64,000 nt of DNA, from positions 225,122,001 to 225,186,000 of the forward strand of contig OZ024742.1 of assembly GCA_964016885.1 (NCBI GenBank), in the 5' to 3' direction. Shown here piece after piece: positions 36,013 to 48,975 of this stretch (its first letter is position 1; each line of letters begins with the position of its first letter). The notes beneath the pieces are model-generated. The model searched no databases. It saw only the letters and a list, made by a program, of their open reading frames with translations, and was not told the DNA's origin. This DNA is from Eledone cirrhosa (taxonomy: Eukaryota). The translations under genes and the position numbers were made by a program.

Positions 36013-36060
36013 CAGGTTGACAAGTTGGTCGTCATACGATAAACGAAACGTACGTACATG
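36013..36060 (+). ncRNA. Decayed hammerhead motif
   Basis: cagg-TTGACAA-gttggtcgt cat acgataaac-GAAA-CGTACG-TA-catg; core mutated, probably inactive. Confidence 0.45.
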
Positions 36061-36108
36061 GGATGGCGTCGTTGCAGTACTGACCTAAATATTTACACAC
36101 ACATACAC

Positions 36109-36166
<58 letters not shown>

Positions 36167-36389
36167 GGAGCGGACATAGGCTATGAAAACATCCGGTCCC
36201 TTGTCCGTTCCCTTGTCTTCGGATTTGATTGCTCCGAAAACGTAAACTTTTACATAATGATGCTGTCTGGTGAGGTCGCGTGACCGGTTACCTGTTTGAA
36301 AAATCACGTAGCCACGATCGTCATTGAAATATGTATCAGAGATTTGTTAATAAAGGACTCTTTAACATCTACACTGCACTTCGCATTTT

Positions 36390-36530
<141 letters not shown>

Positions 36531-36535
36531 CTCTT

Positions 36536-36568
<33 letters not shown>

Positions 36569-36659
36569 TGTTATACTTGGGGACGGTCATATTGTTGTAA
36601 TAATATTGCCAAAAATAATAACAGAACACACTCACTGTTTGGTTGGTTTTTCGCTTCTG

Positions 36660-36767
<108 letters not shown>

Positions 36768-37343
36768 ATCAAAATATTATGTATATTATGTATACTCCAG
36801 TCCTACAAACTGTAGAGTGCTTCTTATCCGATATCTGCATTGCTTTATTGTACTACAATAAAACTCACCTCCTACATATATATATATATATATATATATA
36901 TACAAAAGGTTTAGGATAGTGGTTAGGGCGGAACAGGAGGAGAAAGGAAGAAAGGAGTTTCCATCGTCAGCTGTAAATGTTTCCCGATCCGATGTTTCGG
37001 CGCTGAATTACAGGACATCGGTGTAGTTCGGGTGCACCCGAGGCCTTTTATTAATCAAAAGGCCAGGTGGGAAAAGGAGAGAGAAAGAGAGAAAAGGAAA
37101 GGGAGGGAAAGGAGGAAGAACAGGGGTGGGGAGACGATGAGAGAGAGAAAGGGGGAACGGATCAGGGGGAAAAATAGGAAAGGAATAGGAGAAAAAAAGT
37201 GTACAGGTCTCATATATATATGTACGTATGGGTTTACCGAACATTTATTATAATGTTCGGTTTGTTTGTAAACAAACAGCTCGAATTACGCCATACAGTG
37301 CTCGGCAACGGTCGTCGCCCTTTTGTTCAACACTGACACAGGA

Positions 37344-37386
37344 ACGATGTACTAGTTTCAAGCTTATTAGCTATCGTCAGCATCGT
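37344..37386 (-). ncRNA. Minimal type I hammerhead ribozyme
   Basis: Reverse complement of 37920-37962. Confidence 0.82.
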
Positions 37387-37919
37387 ATACCTTTCTGTCA
37401 GATGATTGAATGTCTGAAAGTATATACTTTCCTTATGCATATTAACGGCTGAGCAGCCTAATTTGCATATCAAGTGAATCACTCGGCTGGGCATACCGAA
37501 AACGATAAATGGAAAAGAATGAAACGAAATTTCATTTCTCACTCTTAGTGCGATGATCGTTGCCGAGCACTGTACGGCGTAATTCGGGCTGTTTGTTTGT
37601 TTACAAACAAACCGAACATTATAATAAATGTTCGGTAAACCCATACGTATATATATATATATATGTGTGTGCATGTATGTATATATATACATACTACTGT
37701 GCGTCTGTACACATATATGTATGTACGTATACATACTTATATTTAGGTATCAGCCATACTAAGAGTGAGAAATAAAATTTCGTTTCATTTTTTCCATTTA
37801 TCGTTTTCGGTATGCCCGGCCGACTAACTCACTCGATATGCAAATTAGGCTGCTCAGCCGTTAATATGCATAAGGAAAGTATATACTTTCAGACGTTCAA
37901 TCATCTGACAGAAAGATAT

Positions 37920-37962
37920 ACGATGCTGACGATAGCTAATAAGCTTGAAACTAGTACATCGT
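37920..37962 (+). ncRNA. Minimal type I hammerhead ribozyme
   Basis: acgatg-CTGACGA-t-agct aata agct-t-GAAA-CTAG-TA-catcgt. Confidence 0.82.
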
Positions 37963-38176
37963 TCCTGTGTCAGTGTTGAACAAAAGGACGACGATCGTTG
38001 CCGAGCACTGTACGGCGTAATTCGAGCTGTTTGTTTACAAACAAACCAAACATTATAATAAATGTTCGGTAAAACCATACGTACATATATATATATGTGC
38101 ATGTATGTATATATATACATACTACTGTGCGTCTGTACACATATACGTATGTACGTATACATATATATATATATAT

Positions 38177-40134
38177 CTTTAAGTCGTTTGGAAGCCTCGA
38201 CAATGTAGATGGGTAAATCTCCGGGTAACAAGATCTGGTGTGGAGAGAGAGATGTAAGTGGGTGTACGTTGAGATGCGTGGCGTGTATAAGACTGTAGCG
38301 TGTAGAGGAATGAAGGACAGAGCGTAAAGGATAAAAATAAAAATAACAACACGAGAAAGAGTTACCTTGGGAGAGATTTAATTGTCCCTATATATTTCGG
38401 ATTCACATCCATCAACTGGGGGATTTTTCCGGGGGTGTGCTAGCGATCTCTTACATGGACAGCCTCGAACGCAAGGCACTCAACGCCTGCCACCCAAACG
38501 CCGTCGCCTTTTTCTCAAGGTACGTGGACGATATCCTCATCCTCACATCTTCCCAAGACATGGCGAACAGAATCTATGAGACGTTCAACAACACGGACGA
38601 GAACATTGACTTCAGTGTTGAACACCCCAACGACGACGGGTCACTTGCCCTCCTCGACTTCCGAATCAACATCACGGAACATGGAGGAATCCACTGCAAC
38701 TTCTACCGAAAGGCAGCCTGCAGGGACCTGTTCGTCCACTACAAGTCCGCCCTCCCTAACAGTGCCAAAAGAGGATACATCACGAACGAGATCGCGCGAA
38801 TCAAAAATAGATGCAGCGATCCCGCGCGTGGTGTCACTCATACCAAGCGATTCCTCGAGGTGCTGGAGACGAACGGGTACCCTACCTCACTCACAGACAG
38901 AGTAGGAAACACCAGACACAAGAGACAGAGAGGCACCCAAGGCAAGTGCTTCCTTAAAATGCCACACCTGGGCGAGAATAACACCAACGCTATCCGCAAG
39001 GCTATACGGAGGGAGGGCCTCGACATCCACCTGGCCCACTCGGGCCCCTCCCTGCAAAGATGCCTCTCCAGGAAACCCGGGAAATTAACTGACGCGTGCT
39101 CCCTCAGAGACTGCCCGATGCGCCATGCAAACTGTTGCCTACGCACATACGCCGTGTATAAGATAGAATGTAACAAGTGCAACCAATACTATATAGGTAG
39201 CATAATCCGACCGTTGCACATCCGGATCAAGGAGCACACTAAAACCAGGGCCTCGTCTTTCCGGAAACACATAGCCAAATGCGGAAACAAAGACGGAAGG
39301 CCCATTGTCACAATTCTAGCGACAGAAAGAAACGTCGGCACGTTACGTATCAAGGAAGCACTTTGGATCAAACGCCTAGGGCCACAATTAAACAACCGAT
39401 CCGAAAGAAGCGAAATGAGGTGGTTGGTTTAAGTTAACAAACGATGCAGCAGCACACGCACACACACAAGCGGGACAACAACACACGCACACACACACAC
39501 ACAGTAGCATTCCACCATACGAACATACTACACTGCCAATACAGAGGAACAAGGCAACAACACACGCGCGCACACACACACACACTCAAGCGAGACAACA
39601 CACGCACACACACACACACAGTAACATTCACCAAACAGGCAGAGAATACTATGGACTGACAGCTAGCTCCACCCCACCCCCACAATTGAAAGAACTACTT
39701 CGGCCGCTGACCTCTGCCTGACCGACCCCGTTTCACGCGCACGCGCGCTCTGCTAAATACCTCAGATATTCAAAACAATGAACAGCGGAGGACACGTTTC
39801 ACACCTTTCCGACAAACAAACCCCACCCCCCCGGAAAAAACCCCAGTTGATGGATGTGAATCCGAAATATATAGGGACAATTAAATCTCTCCCAAGGTAA
39901 CTCTTTCTCGTGTTGTTATTTTTATTTTTATCCTTTACGCTCTGTCCTTCATTCCTCTACACGCTACAGTCTTATACACGCCACGCATCTCAACGTACAC
40001 CCACTTACATTTCTCTCTCCACCACCGGATCTTGTTACCCGGAGATTTACCCATCTGCATTGTCGAGGCTTCCAAACGACTTAAAGAAATTTACCTTATT
40101 ATTCCACAATGCTTCAAGCAAACTTCAATACTCT

Positions 40135-40137
<3 letters not shown>
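38177..40137 (+). mobile_element. 5'-truncated Penelope-like element 1 with inverted pseudo-LTR
   Basis: 38177-38435 is the reverse complement of ~39828-40087; (TA)n on both sides; contains an RT-GIY-YIG ORF. Confidence 0.92.
38437..39432 (+). CDS. Truncated PLE polyprotein: RT C-terminus, thumb, Cys-rich linker and GIY-YIG endonuclease
   Basis: RYVDDILI, LALLDFRI, FYRK, CSLRDCP..C, AVYKIECNKCNQYYIGS, RIKEH, IKEALWI..PQLN. No true start codon (5'-truncated). Confidence 0.9.
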   Translation: MLAISYMDSLERKALNACHPNAVAFFSRYVDDILILTSSQDMANRIYETFNNTDENIDFSVEHPNDDGSLALLDFRINITEHGGIHCNFYRKAACRDLFVHYKSALPNSAKRGYITNEIARIKNRCSDPARGVTHTKRFLEVLETNGYPTSLTDRVGNTRHKRQRGTQGKCFLKMPHLGENNTNAIRKAIRREGLDIHLAHSGPSLQRCLSRKPGKLTDACSLRDCPMRHANCCLRTYAVYKIECNKCNQYYIGSIIRPLHIRIKEHTKTRASSFRKHIAKCGNKDGRPIVTILATERNVGTLRIKEALWIKRLGPQLNNRSERSEMRWLV

Positions 40138-40221
<84 letters not shown>

Positions 40222-40386
40222 ATAATAATAAATTTGAAGACTAAAATCCAAAGAGGGCTCGATAAGGATAAATATATTTCAAATATATAAGAACTTTGCT
40301 TAAACTTTAATCTGTTATTTTAATAAATATATATATATATATGACTTTGCAAGCTATTTAGAACACTAGTTTAACCGCTTTACTTC

Positions 40387-40421
40387 CCTCCGAAGAAGAG
40401 ATATTATCTCGAAAATTAAGG
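40387..40421 (+). ncRNA. Minimal hammerhead-like motif with CCGAAGA core, in a PLE tail remnant (~40340-40583)
   Basis: cct-CCGAAGA-a-gagat att atctc-GAAA-AT-TA-agg. The tail shares CACAATGCTTCAAG with the PLE-1 end. Confidence 0.5.
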
Positions 40422-40580
40422 ACATTTAAATAAATCTAAGGTAAAAGACTAATTGTCAACAATATCTTTTGCATTTGCATTCTTTATTCTATGTCCATAC
40501 CTGCATTGTTTTGGCTTTATTATACATATACAAACGTTTATACCTCATTACACAATGCTTCAAGTGAACTATAACCTCCT

Positions 40581-40704
<124 letters not shown>

Positions 40705-40735
40705 CATGAAACAAAGTTCTGTTTAAATCATTTAT

Positions 40736-40784
40736 CTGCTTACAATTGTTTCTTCCAAACCGAGGTTTGGAGTCTTCGGAGCAA
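40736..40784 (-). ncRNA. Hammerhead-like motif, CCGAAGA core (inverted pLTR copy)
   Basis: Reverse complement of 42961-43009, with one difference. Confidence 0.6.
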
Positions 40785-41022
40785 TTATTCAGTGATTTTT
40801 AACATACTTGACCTCCTTTTCAACACAAGAGACATATAGAAACATATGTATATATTGACCCACAGAAAGAAACGTCGGCACGTTACGTATCAAGGAAGCA
40901 CTTTGGATCGAACGCCTAGGGCCACAATTAAACAACCGATCCGAGAGAAGCGAAATGAGGTGGTTGGTTTAAGTTAACAAACGATGCAGCAACACACGCA
41001 CACACACAAGCGGGACAACAAC

Positions 41023-41060
<38 letters not shown>

Positions 41061-41067
41061 GTTAACA

Positions 41068-41480
41068 AACTGTAGATCAAATAGAACCTGCCCTTTAGAT
41101 AAAAAATGCTTAACCAAGGATATCATATACTCATGCACAGTCACAACTAGCAACTCTTCTGAAACCTATATAGGCTCTACTTCAAACTGCTTCAAAACCA
41201 GATACAATTCGCACCTCCACTCATTCAAAAAACACAGTCTAGCCAACTGCACTTCTCTATCTAGCTACATACACTATCTAAAAACTAAAAATAAACCATA
41301 TACACTTAAATGGGAAGTGATAGGTAACGCGTCATCGTACCAACCACCTAATAAATTTTGTAATCTCTCTACTAGAGACCCATACTATCATCTTCTCAAA
41401 CCATAACCTCCTTAATAAAAAAAATCAGAAGTGTTCGCGTCTTGCCAACACCGCTTCCGACACTCCTTCCAAAACTTTAA
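41068..41480 (+). pseudogene. PLE GIY-YIG endonuclease remnant (absent from the ORF track)
   Basis: Manual translation: NCRSNRTCPLDKKCLTKDIIYSCTV..ETYIGSTSNCFKTRYNSHLHSF..TSLSSYIHYLK..LKWEVI..YQPPNKFCNL, then frameshifts and LLNKK. Confidence 0.85.
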
Positions 41481-42960
41481 ACCCAATATATAACAATGTC
41501 AGACTTGAACCCGTCACCACCTCTAGCAGCAATCATCAGGGGCACACCTTACACCTTATCTCCACACCCATTAATCCTCTTTAACCCAAATAGTGGCATC
41601 CTCCTAGTACCTTTTACCTTGGAGATATCCCCATGTACTTCTACTTTTGGTATATTGGCCTTCAATTGCTTAGACTACATTACACCAATGTAAACTTTAA
41701 GCACGGAATTGGTTGTGCTAACATTGTCCTGTGTATGTAGTGCCATCATTGGATAAATGGAAGATTAAGTAATTAATTTATTAACATAAAAAAGCTATAT
41801 AATCTATATGCTGAGTGCAATGAATTATGTACAGGTGATGTATGAGTTATAAATACATGTATGACTTGATGGTCAGATCAGTGTCTTTATAAGTGAGAAT
41901 TGATCTCTGGACTACCCTAGTGATATTTAACTTTGCCATGCAATCAGTCATGCAATGACCCAGAACTTACCAGGAGTCATATATAGAAGTGATTCTAATA
42001 AGACCCTGCCAGGTCCTGCGGGTGGACTACACTTACAAAGATCATTGATTTGGAGATCTGACTCTTCATGTAGAATGTTCGGTGGGGGCACTCTATGATA
42101 AAAGGTATTCATCCTAATATGAACACCTTTAGTACTTCTCGATAGACTACACTGTAATTTATAGATAAGATACTTAAATTTAGAAATTGTTTATAACCTT
42201 ATATGATGGGAACTCATTTGAGACACCATTAATGTACTTTAGGATAATCAATTTAACTATAGAAATCAGCTAGTTACCTCCCCTTACGCATTAACTCCCC
42301 TTAATCACACACACACTTCCGGAATATAATACGATGTCATCTCTCACAACAAAAACAACCTGATCTATGAATCGAATTAAAGAACGACAAACTGATGTTC
42401 TAGCATGGTTCACCAGGCACCCAATGTTGAATCATCGTGGATTGTGAGATGGGCATGTAGTCTATAAATTGCGTTTCCTGGATTGTGAGAGTGGTGGTGT
42501 GTACGAGGACAGTGGTGCTGTTTTGCTTCTCATTTGTAATATTTTTGATATTTTTGGTGTTTCTCCACACACGGGCTTCTATATCGTACAGGTGTGTGTA
42601 AATAATGCTTAACCAGTTCACCCCCATGATGCTCTTGATTGCCTGCTTTGACTGCTTGTTTTACTTGTAACAATCTGCCGCACTATAATCTTGTATAAAT
42701 AGGACACGCGTGCATGCCTCACGTGTGACTGTTGCATACACTGGCTACTCCAAACTTTCCTTTTGCTTTATCTTAGTAGACTGCCAATGTTTTATTTTAA
42801 TTTTAATTTTGTCCTTTAATATGACTGTAATATTTGTATGTAAATTACCATGCTATATTATTATAATGGATGTCAACCCACTGTGGGTAATATATACATA
42901 TGTTTCTATATGTCTCTTGTGTTGAAAAGGAGGTCAAGTATGTTAAAAATCACTGAATAA

Positions 42961-43009
42961 TTGCTCCGAAGAATCCAAACCTCGGTTTGGAAGAAACAAT
43001 TGTAAGCAG
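42961..43009 (+). ncRNA. Hammerhead-like motif, CCGAAGA core
   Basis: ttgct-CCGAAGA-a-tccaaac ctcg gtttgga-a-GAAA-CAATTG-TA-agcag. Confidence 0.62.
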
Positions 43010-43311
43010 ATAAATGATTTAAACAGAACTTTGTTTCATGTAATCTCTATATAACTGCTCTGTAAAACAACTGATGTTGTTACATTGAGCTATTTATCTT
43101 ACTGGTAATAAGATAGTAATAAATTACTGTCTTTCACTATTTAGGGTATAATATATATATAACTATAAAAGGTTTTAGTATATACATAACCATAAATAGT
43201 ATCCTTAATACTATATATATACATATATATATATATATACATATATATATACATATATTTATATACCTATATATATACACATATACATACATATATATAT
43301 ACATATATATA

Positions 43312-43402
<91 letters not shown>

Positions 43403-43697
43403 CCCGGGTTCAATCGGGGGTAACCACAGTAAGTAAGTAAGGTACTCAATACATAGCAGAGTATAAATATTGATTTCCTTCGAATGAAACAGTTCTAGTC
43501 CCGTAGAAGCCAGTTCCAGTCCTATATCGAATTGGCGACGGAACGTTTTGGGCGCTGACATCCATTAGATGACTATCGTTTCCAGTATATTAAGAATAGT
43601 AACCTTACCATATTCTAATAAAAAACACAATTTTGAGAATAATCAGAAATTCAAATGTATTTAGTAAGATATATAACTTTATTATTATGAAGCTAAA

Positions 43698-43889
43698 GGC
43701 GGTGGATTGGCAGTATCGGTAGAGGGTCGGACGCCATGCTTTCCAGCATAGTTACGTCCCTTTACGATCTGAGTTCAAATGCCGCCGGGGTTGACTTTGC
43801 CTTTCATCCTTACGGGGTCGATAAAATAAAGTACCAGTAATGCACTGGATAATTGCTGGCCTTGTGCCTAAAGTAGAAACAATTATTAT
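43698..43889 (+). mobile_element. SINE family A, full length, with 16-bp TSD
   Basis: ATTATTATGAAGCTAA at 43681-43696 and 43882-43897. Confidence 0.93.
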
Positions 43890-44410
43890 GAAGCTAATGT
43901 TTGGAACATAACTTAACAAAGATTCTTACATGAAATTATATTGGAAGGCAATTTATTTTTAGAACCGTTGAGCAGATAGGAAGATAGAATTCAAATTTAG
44001 TAGCTTTTACGTTCTTAATATGAACGATAGTCTAATAAGTTGGGCATATAAGCCCCTAGGGACGGAAAAAATCCACATGGCAGCTCTGTACACATTTTTT
44101 CCGTCACCAGGGTCTTACGTGCGCAACTTAGATTATTTTTTATAGTAAAAAACGTTGACGCTACTAACTTTGAATTATATGGAAGGGTTTTAAATAAATA
44201 TATACATTTTGATCACTTTCCTTACCATATTTCTAATGGACGACTGCCTCTAGTTTTGAAATATCTTTTAACATAATCAGAAATTTGAAGGTATTTAGTA
44301 ACTTTCTCATTAGTAAGTTGATATTTGGTACTTCTCTTTTTTCTCTATATTTTCTTTTTTTTCTTTTGTTTCCTTTTCTTTTTTTATTATTGTTGTTATT
44401 ATTATTATCA

Positions 44411-44766
44411 TTCCCGCCGAGGTTAACTTTGCCTTTCATCCTTACGGGGTCGATAAAATAAAGTACCAGTAATGCACTGGGAAATTGCTGACCTTGCGCC
44501 TAAAGTAGAAACAATTATTATTATTACTGTAATAAGGGCGGTGAATTGGCAGAACTGGTAGAGCGTCGGACAGCATGCTTTGCGTCATTGAATTACGGCT
44601 CTTTCCGTTCTGAGTTCAAATCCCGCCGAGGTTAACTTTGCCTTTCATCCTTACGGGATCGATAAATAAAGTACCAGTAATGCCCTGGGGTTGACTTAAT
44701 CGACTTTCCCTCACCCCCCCCCAAAAAATTACTGGCCTTGTGCGTATAGTAGAAATCATTATTATT
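44411..44766 (+). mobile_element. Truncated SINE A (44411-44525) followed by a full SINE A (44537-44766) with 19-bp TSD
   Basis: ATTATTATTACTGTAATAA at 44517-44535 and 44758-44776. Confidence 0.92.
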
Positions 44767-45788
44767 ACTGTAATAAAGTTCAGTACATATCTATAATTAA
44801 ACTATATAAACTGCCCCTTGTTCTATGATACAAAAAAAAACTTAATAAAGATTCTTATATAAAATCATTATGGATAAATAAAAACACTTTAAAATAAACA
44901 AGTTGGCATCTTAGAACTAAGGGTGGCTTCAGCAGGTTTGGTATCAAATGGGTTAAAGAATCATTGCGTTCATGACATAAGTGTTTGTGACATACAGGGT
45001 TGGGAGAATGGAAAGATGTAAGAGGTGTGAGGAAGATGAAGATGAAGTTGAGGTGGAGGGGAACTAAGATGAAAAAGTAAGGGCGTGAGATGTAAATAAA
45101 CAGTGTAGTAACAAAAAAAAGGGTTCAAACAGAATTTAAGGGTTTGGGAGACAAACTAAACAACAATAAAAACAACAGCAACTCTATAGTATAAAGGGGA
45201 CCCGACCGAGTAAGGAGAGAGGGAGGAAATAAATAAAAAAACAGATAAGATTTCTCCGGGAAAGTAAATAGGAAAGGAGGAGAGAAAGATGGGAACTGTC
45301 ATTAAAAACAATTAGGGGCTAGTGATAAAGATAAACAGGTCGGTGTTGGGGTTAGGGTGGTGGATGTGGAGTGGTTCTCAGGGGTGAGGTAGGAGGGGGA
45401 TTTTAGAGTCTGGTTGAGGTCGTGAGTGGGGAGAGAAGATCGGATTGGGGAGGTGTTGGTGGTGGAGTAAGAGTTGTGGTGGTGGGGGAGAGGCATGGGT
45501 GGGGAAAATGGATGGGGGGAGGAGGAGGGCGGACGGACAAGGGTTGCAGTGGTGAGGCAAGTGTGGTGGTGGTGATGGTAGGACGAGGGTGAAATGAGCG
45601 GCGAGTGTGGAGGTGGAAGCGGAGTGGGGTCACCATCAAGGGAGGGAGGGGTGAGGTGATCGGGGGGGGGGGGGGGATAATAAGAGTCAAAGAGAGAGAA
45701 AGAAAGAAAGAAACGCCAATGTATAATGAGACAAAGAATAACATCGATAAGTAAACTATAGTAATGGAGTGGAACGTTAGAAAGAAAA

Positions 45789-47864
45789 TGGTGGATTAGT
45801 GGGTGGTAGTGGTAGTAGTGGTGGTGGTGGTGGGGTAGTGGTGGAATGGTGGTAGAGGTAGTGGTGGAATAGTGGGTCGTAGTGGTAGTAGTTGTGGTGG
45901 TGGGGTAGTGGTGGAATGGTGGTGGAGGTAGTGGTGGAATGATGGTGGAGGTAGTGGTGGAATGATAGTGGGGGTAGTGGTGGAATGGTGGTGGAGGTAG
46001 TGGTGGAGGTAGTGGTGGAGGTAGTGGTGGAGGTAGTGGTAGAATGATGGTGGAGGTAGTGGTGGAATAGTGGGTGGTAGTGGTAGTAGTTGTGGTGGTG
46101 GGGTAGTGGTGGAATGGTGGTGGAGGTAGTGGTGAAATGGTGGCTGGTAATGGTGGTGGGGGTAGTGGTAGAATGGTGGAGGAGGTAGTGGTGGAATGAT
46201 GGTGGAGGTAGTGGTGGAATGCTGGTGGGGGTAGTGGTGGAATGGTGGTGGAGGTAGTGGTGGAGGTAGTGGTGGAATGATGGTGGAGGTAGTGGTACAA
46301 TGGTGGTGGAGGTAGTGGTGGAGGTAGTGGTGGAATGATGGTAGAGGTAGTGGTGGAATGATGGTGGAGGTAGTGGTGGAGGTAGTGGTGGAATGGTGGT
46401 GGAGGTAGTGGTGGAGGTAGTGGTGGAATGATGGTGGAGGTAGTAGTGGAGGTAGTGGTGGAGGTAGTGGTGGAGGTAGTGGTGGAGGTAGTGGTGGAAT
46501 GATGGTAGAGGTAGTGGTGGAATGATGGTGGAGGTAGTGGTGGAGGTAGTGGTGGAATGGTGGTGGAGGTAGTGGTGGAGGTAGTGGTGGAATGATGGTG
46601 GAGGTAGTGGTGGAATGATGGTGGAGGTAGTGGTGGAATGATGGTGGAGGTAGTGGTGGAGGTAGTGGTGGAGGTAGTGGTGGAGGTAGTGGTGGAGGTA
46701 GTGGTGGAGGTAGTGGTGGAATGATGGTGGAGGTAGTGGTGGAATGGTGGTGGAGGTAGTGGTACAATGGTGGTGGAGGTAGTGGTGGAATGGTGGTGGA
46801 GGTAGTGGTGGAGGTAGTGGTGGAATGGTGGTGGAGGTAGTGGTGGAGGTAGTGGTGGAATGGTGGTGGAGGTAGTGGAACAATGGTAGTGGAGGTAGTG
46901 GTGGAATGGTCGGTGGTAATGATGGTGGAGGTAGTGGTGGAATGGTGGTAGTGGTAGTGGTGGAATGGTGGTGGAGGTAGTGGTGGAATGGTGGTGGAGG
47001 TAGTGGTGGAGGTAGTGGTGGAATGGTGGTGGAGGTAGTGGTGGAATGGTGGTGGAGGTAGTGGTGGAGGTAGTGGTGGAATGATGGTGGAGGTAGTGGT
47101 GGAATGGTGGTGGAGGTAGTGGTGGAATGGTGGTGGAGGTAGTGGTGGAATGGTGGTGGAGGTAGTGGTGGAGGTAGTCGTGGAGGTAGTCGTGGTAATG
47201 GTGGTGGAGGTAGTGGTGGAGGTAGTCGTGGAGGTAGTCGTGGTAATGGTGGTGGAGGTAGTGGTGGAGGTAGTGGTGGAGGTAGTGGAGGTAGTGGTGG
47301 AGTGGTGGTGGAGGTAGTTGAGGTAATGGTGGAGGTATTGGTGGATTGGTGGTAGAGGTAGTGGTGGAGATAGTGGTGGAATGGTGGTGAGGTAGTGGTG
47401 GAATGGTGGTGAAGGTAATGGTGGAGGTAGTTGTGGAATGGTAGTGGAGGTAGTGGAGGTAGTGGTGGAATGGTGGTGGAGGTAATTGTGGAATGGTGGT
47501 GGACGTAGTGGTGGAATGGTGGTGGAGGTAGTGGTGGAATGGTGATGGAATGGTGTTAGAGGTAGTGGTGGAATAGTGGGTGGTAGTGGTAGTAGTTGTG
47601 GTGGTGGGGTAGTGGTGGAATGATGGTGGAGGTAGTGGTGAGGTATTGATGGTAATGGTGGTGGGGTAGTGGTGAAATGGCGGTGGAGATAGTGGTGGAA
47701 TGGCGGTGGAGATAGTGGTGGAATGGTGGTGGAGGTAGTGGTGGAGGTAGTGGTGGAATGGTGGTGGAGGTAGTGGTGGAATAGTGGGTGGTAATAGTGG
47801 TGGAGGTAGTGGTGGAATGGTGGTGGAGGTAGTGGTGGAATAGTGGGTGGTAATGGTGGTGGAA
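45789..47864. repeat. ~2.1-kb G-rich compound minisatellite (GGTGGAGGTAGT / GGTGGAATGGT units)
   Basis: Direct inspection; it accounts for the long H/P/T-rich minus-strand ORFs in all frames. Confidence 0.93.
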
Positions 47865-48585
47865 TGAGATGAGATGAAAGGGAAATTTGAGAAGTTCGGA
47901 AACGCGACACAAACATGTATTGCTTTATCAATTTTAAGGATAAGTATATATATATAAACGGAAATATATACATATATATATATATATATATACATAAGCA
48001 CACACACACACATATATATTATCCGGTTAAGAGCTTTGAAATGTGGTTGCCCCAACGCAAATGATTTTTATAATAGTCGAGGTGTACGATAAATGTATAT
48101 ATATATATGTATACGGCTCAGAAATATCTCTTTCTTTGAGCTATTTAATTGTAAAAGACTGTTTGAGTTTATAACTCTATATATAGTATATATATTTATA
48201 TATATTTATATGGTATTTATTTGGTATCTATATGGTATAGAGGTAACCGAAATTTAGGCTTGATAAGAAGAAAGACAGACAGAAAGAAAGAAAGATATGA
48301 AGAAAGAATCGAAGAAAGAAAGCAAGGAAGAAAGAAAGAATGGAAAGATAGAAGAGATTGAGAGAGAACAATAAACAAGAAATGGGTAAAAGTAAGTTTA
48401 AGGTAATTGAAACTGTAAAAGTGAGATAAAGAGAGAGAATGTAAAGAGTACTGGTCACTGCGACTGCACGATGTCAGTATTAATGTCCACAATAAGGTTG
48501 GGCTGGATTAGATAATGTACCAGTCAAATCCAAAGACTGACGTTTCTATAATCGACCTTCCTTTTTCTCAAAGATTAGAAGCCAT

Positions 48586-48975
48586 TTGGCAGTAATCGGT
48601 AAAGCGTCGTACACCATGCTTCACGGCATAGAGTTACGGCTCTTTAGGTTCTGAGTTCAAATCCCGCCGAGGTTAGCATTGACTTTCATCCTTCCGGGGT
48701 TGATAAAATAAAGTACCAGTAATGCACTGGGGTCGATTTAATCGAATTTCCCCTCCCCTCCCCTCTTCCAATTGTTGGCCTTGTGCCTGAACCTGAAACC
48801 AACAGTAAGGTTAATTCATCATTTTCCCTAATAACTGTTTCTACTTTTGGTACAAGGCCAGCAATCACCCAGTACATTACTGGTACTTTATTTTATCGAT
48901 CCCGTAAGGATGAAAGGCAAAGGTAACCTCGGCGGGATTTGAACTCAGACCGTAAAGGGACGTAACTATGCTGGA
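48586..48975. mobile_element. Two SINE A copies tail-to-tail (+ 48586-48800; - 48829-48975)
   Basis: Core and B box present in opposite orientations. Confidence 0.85.

Larger units (their letters stand above)
37212..38165. mobile_element. Non-coding ~410-bp hammerhead-bearing unit present as inverted, partial direct and full copies
   Basis: 37212-37550 is the reverse complement of ~37758-38097; 37553-37735 repeats ~37990-38163. Confidence 0.8.

Noticed and set aside
45302-48055. 917-aa and 737-aa His/Pro/Thr-rich ORFs resembling extensin or histidine-rich proteins
   Set aside because: Open in all three minus frames because the repeat lacks stops; they start in microsatellite, and 11-nt modules shift the frame.
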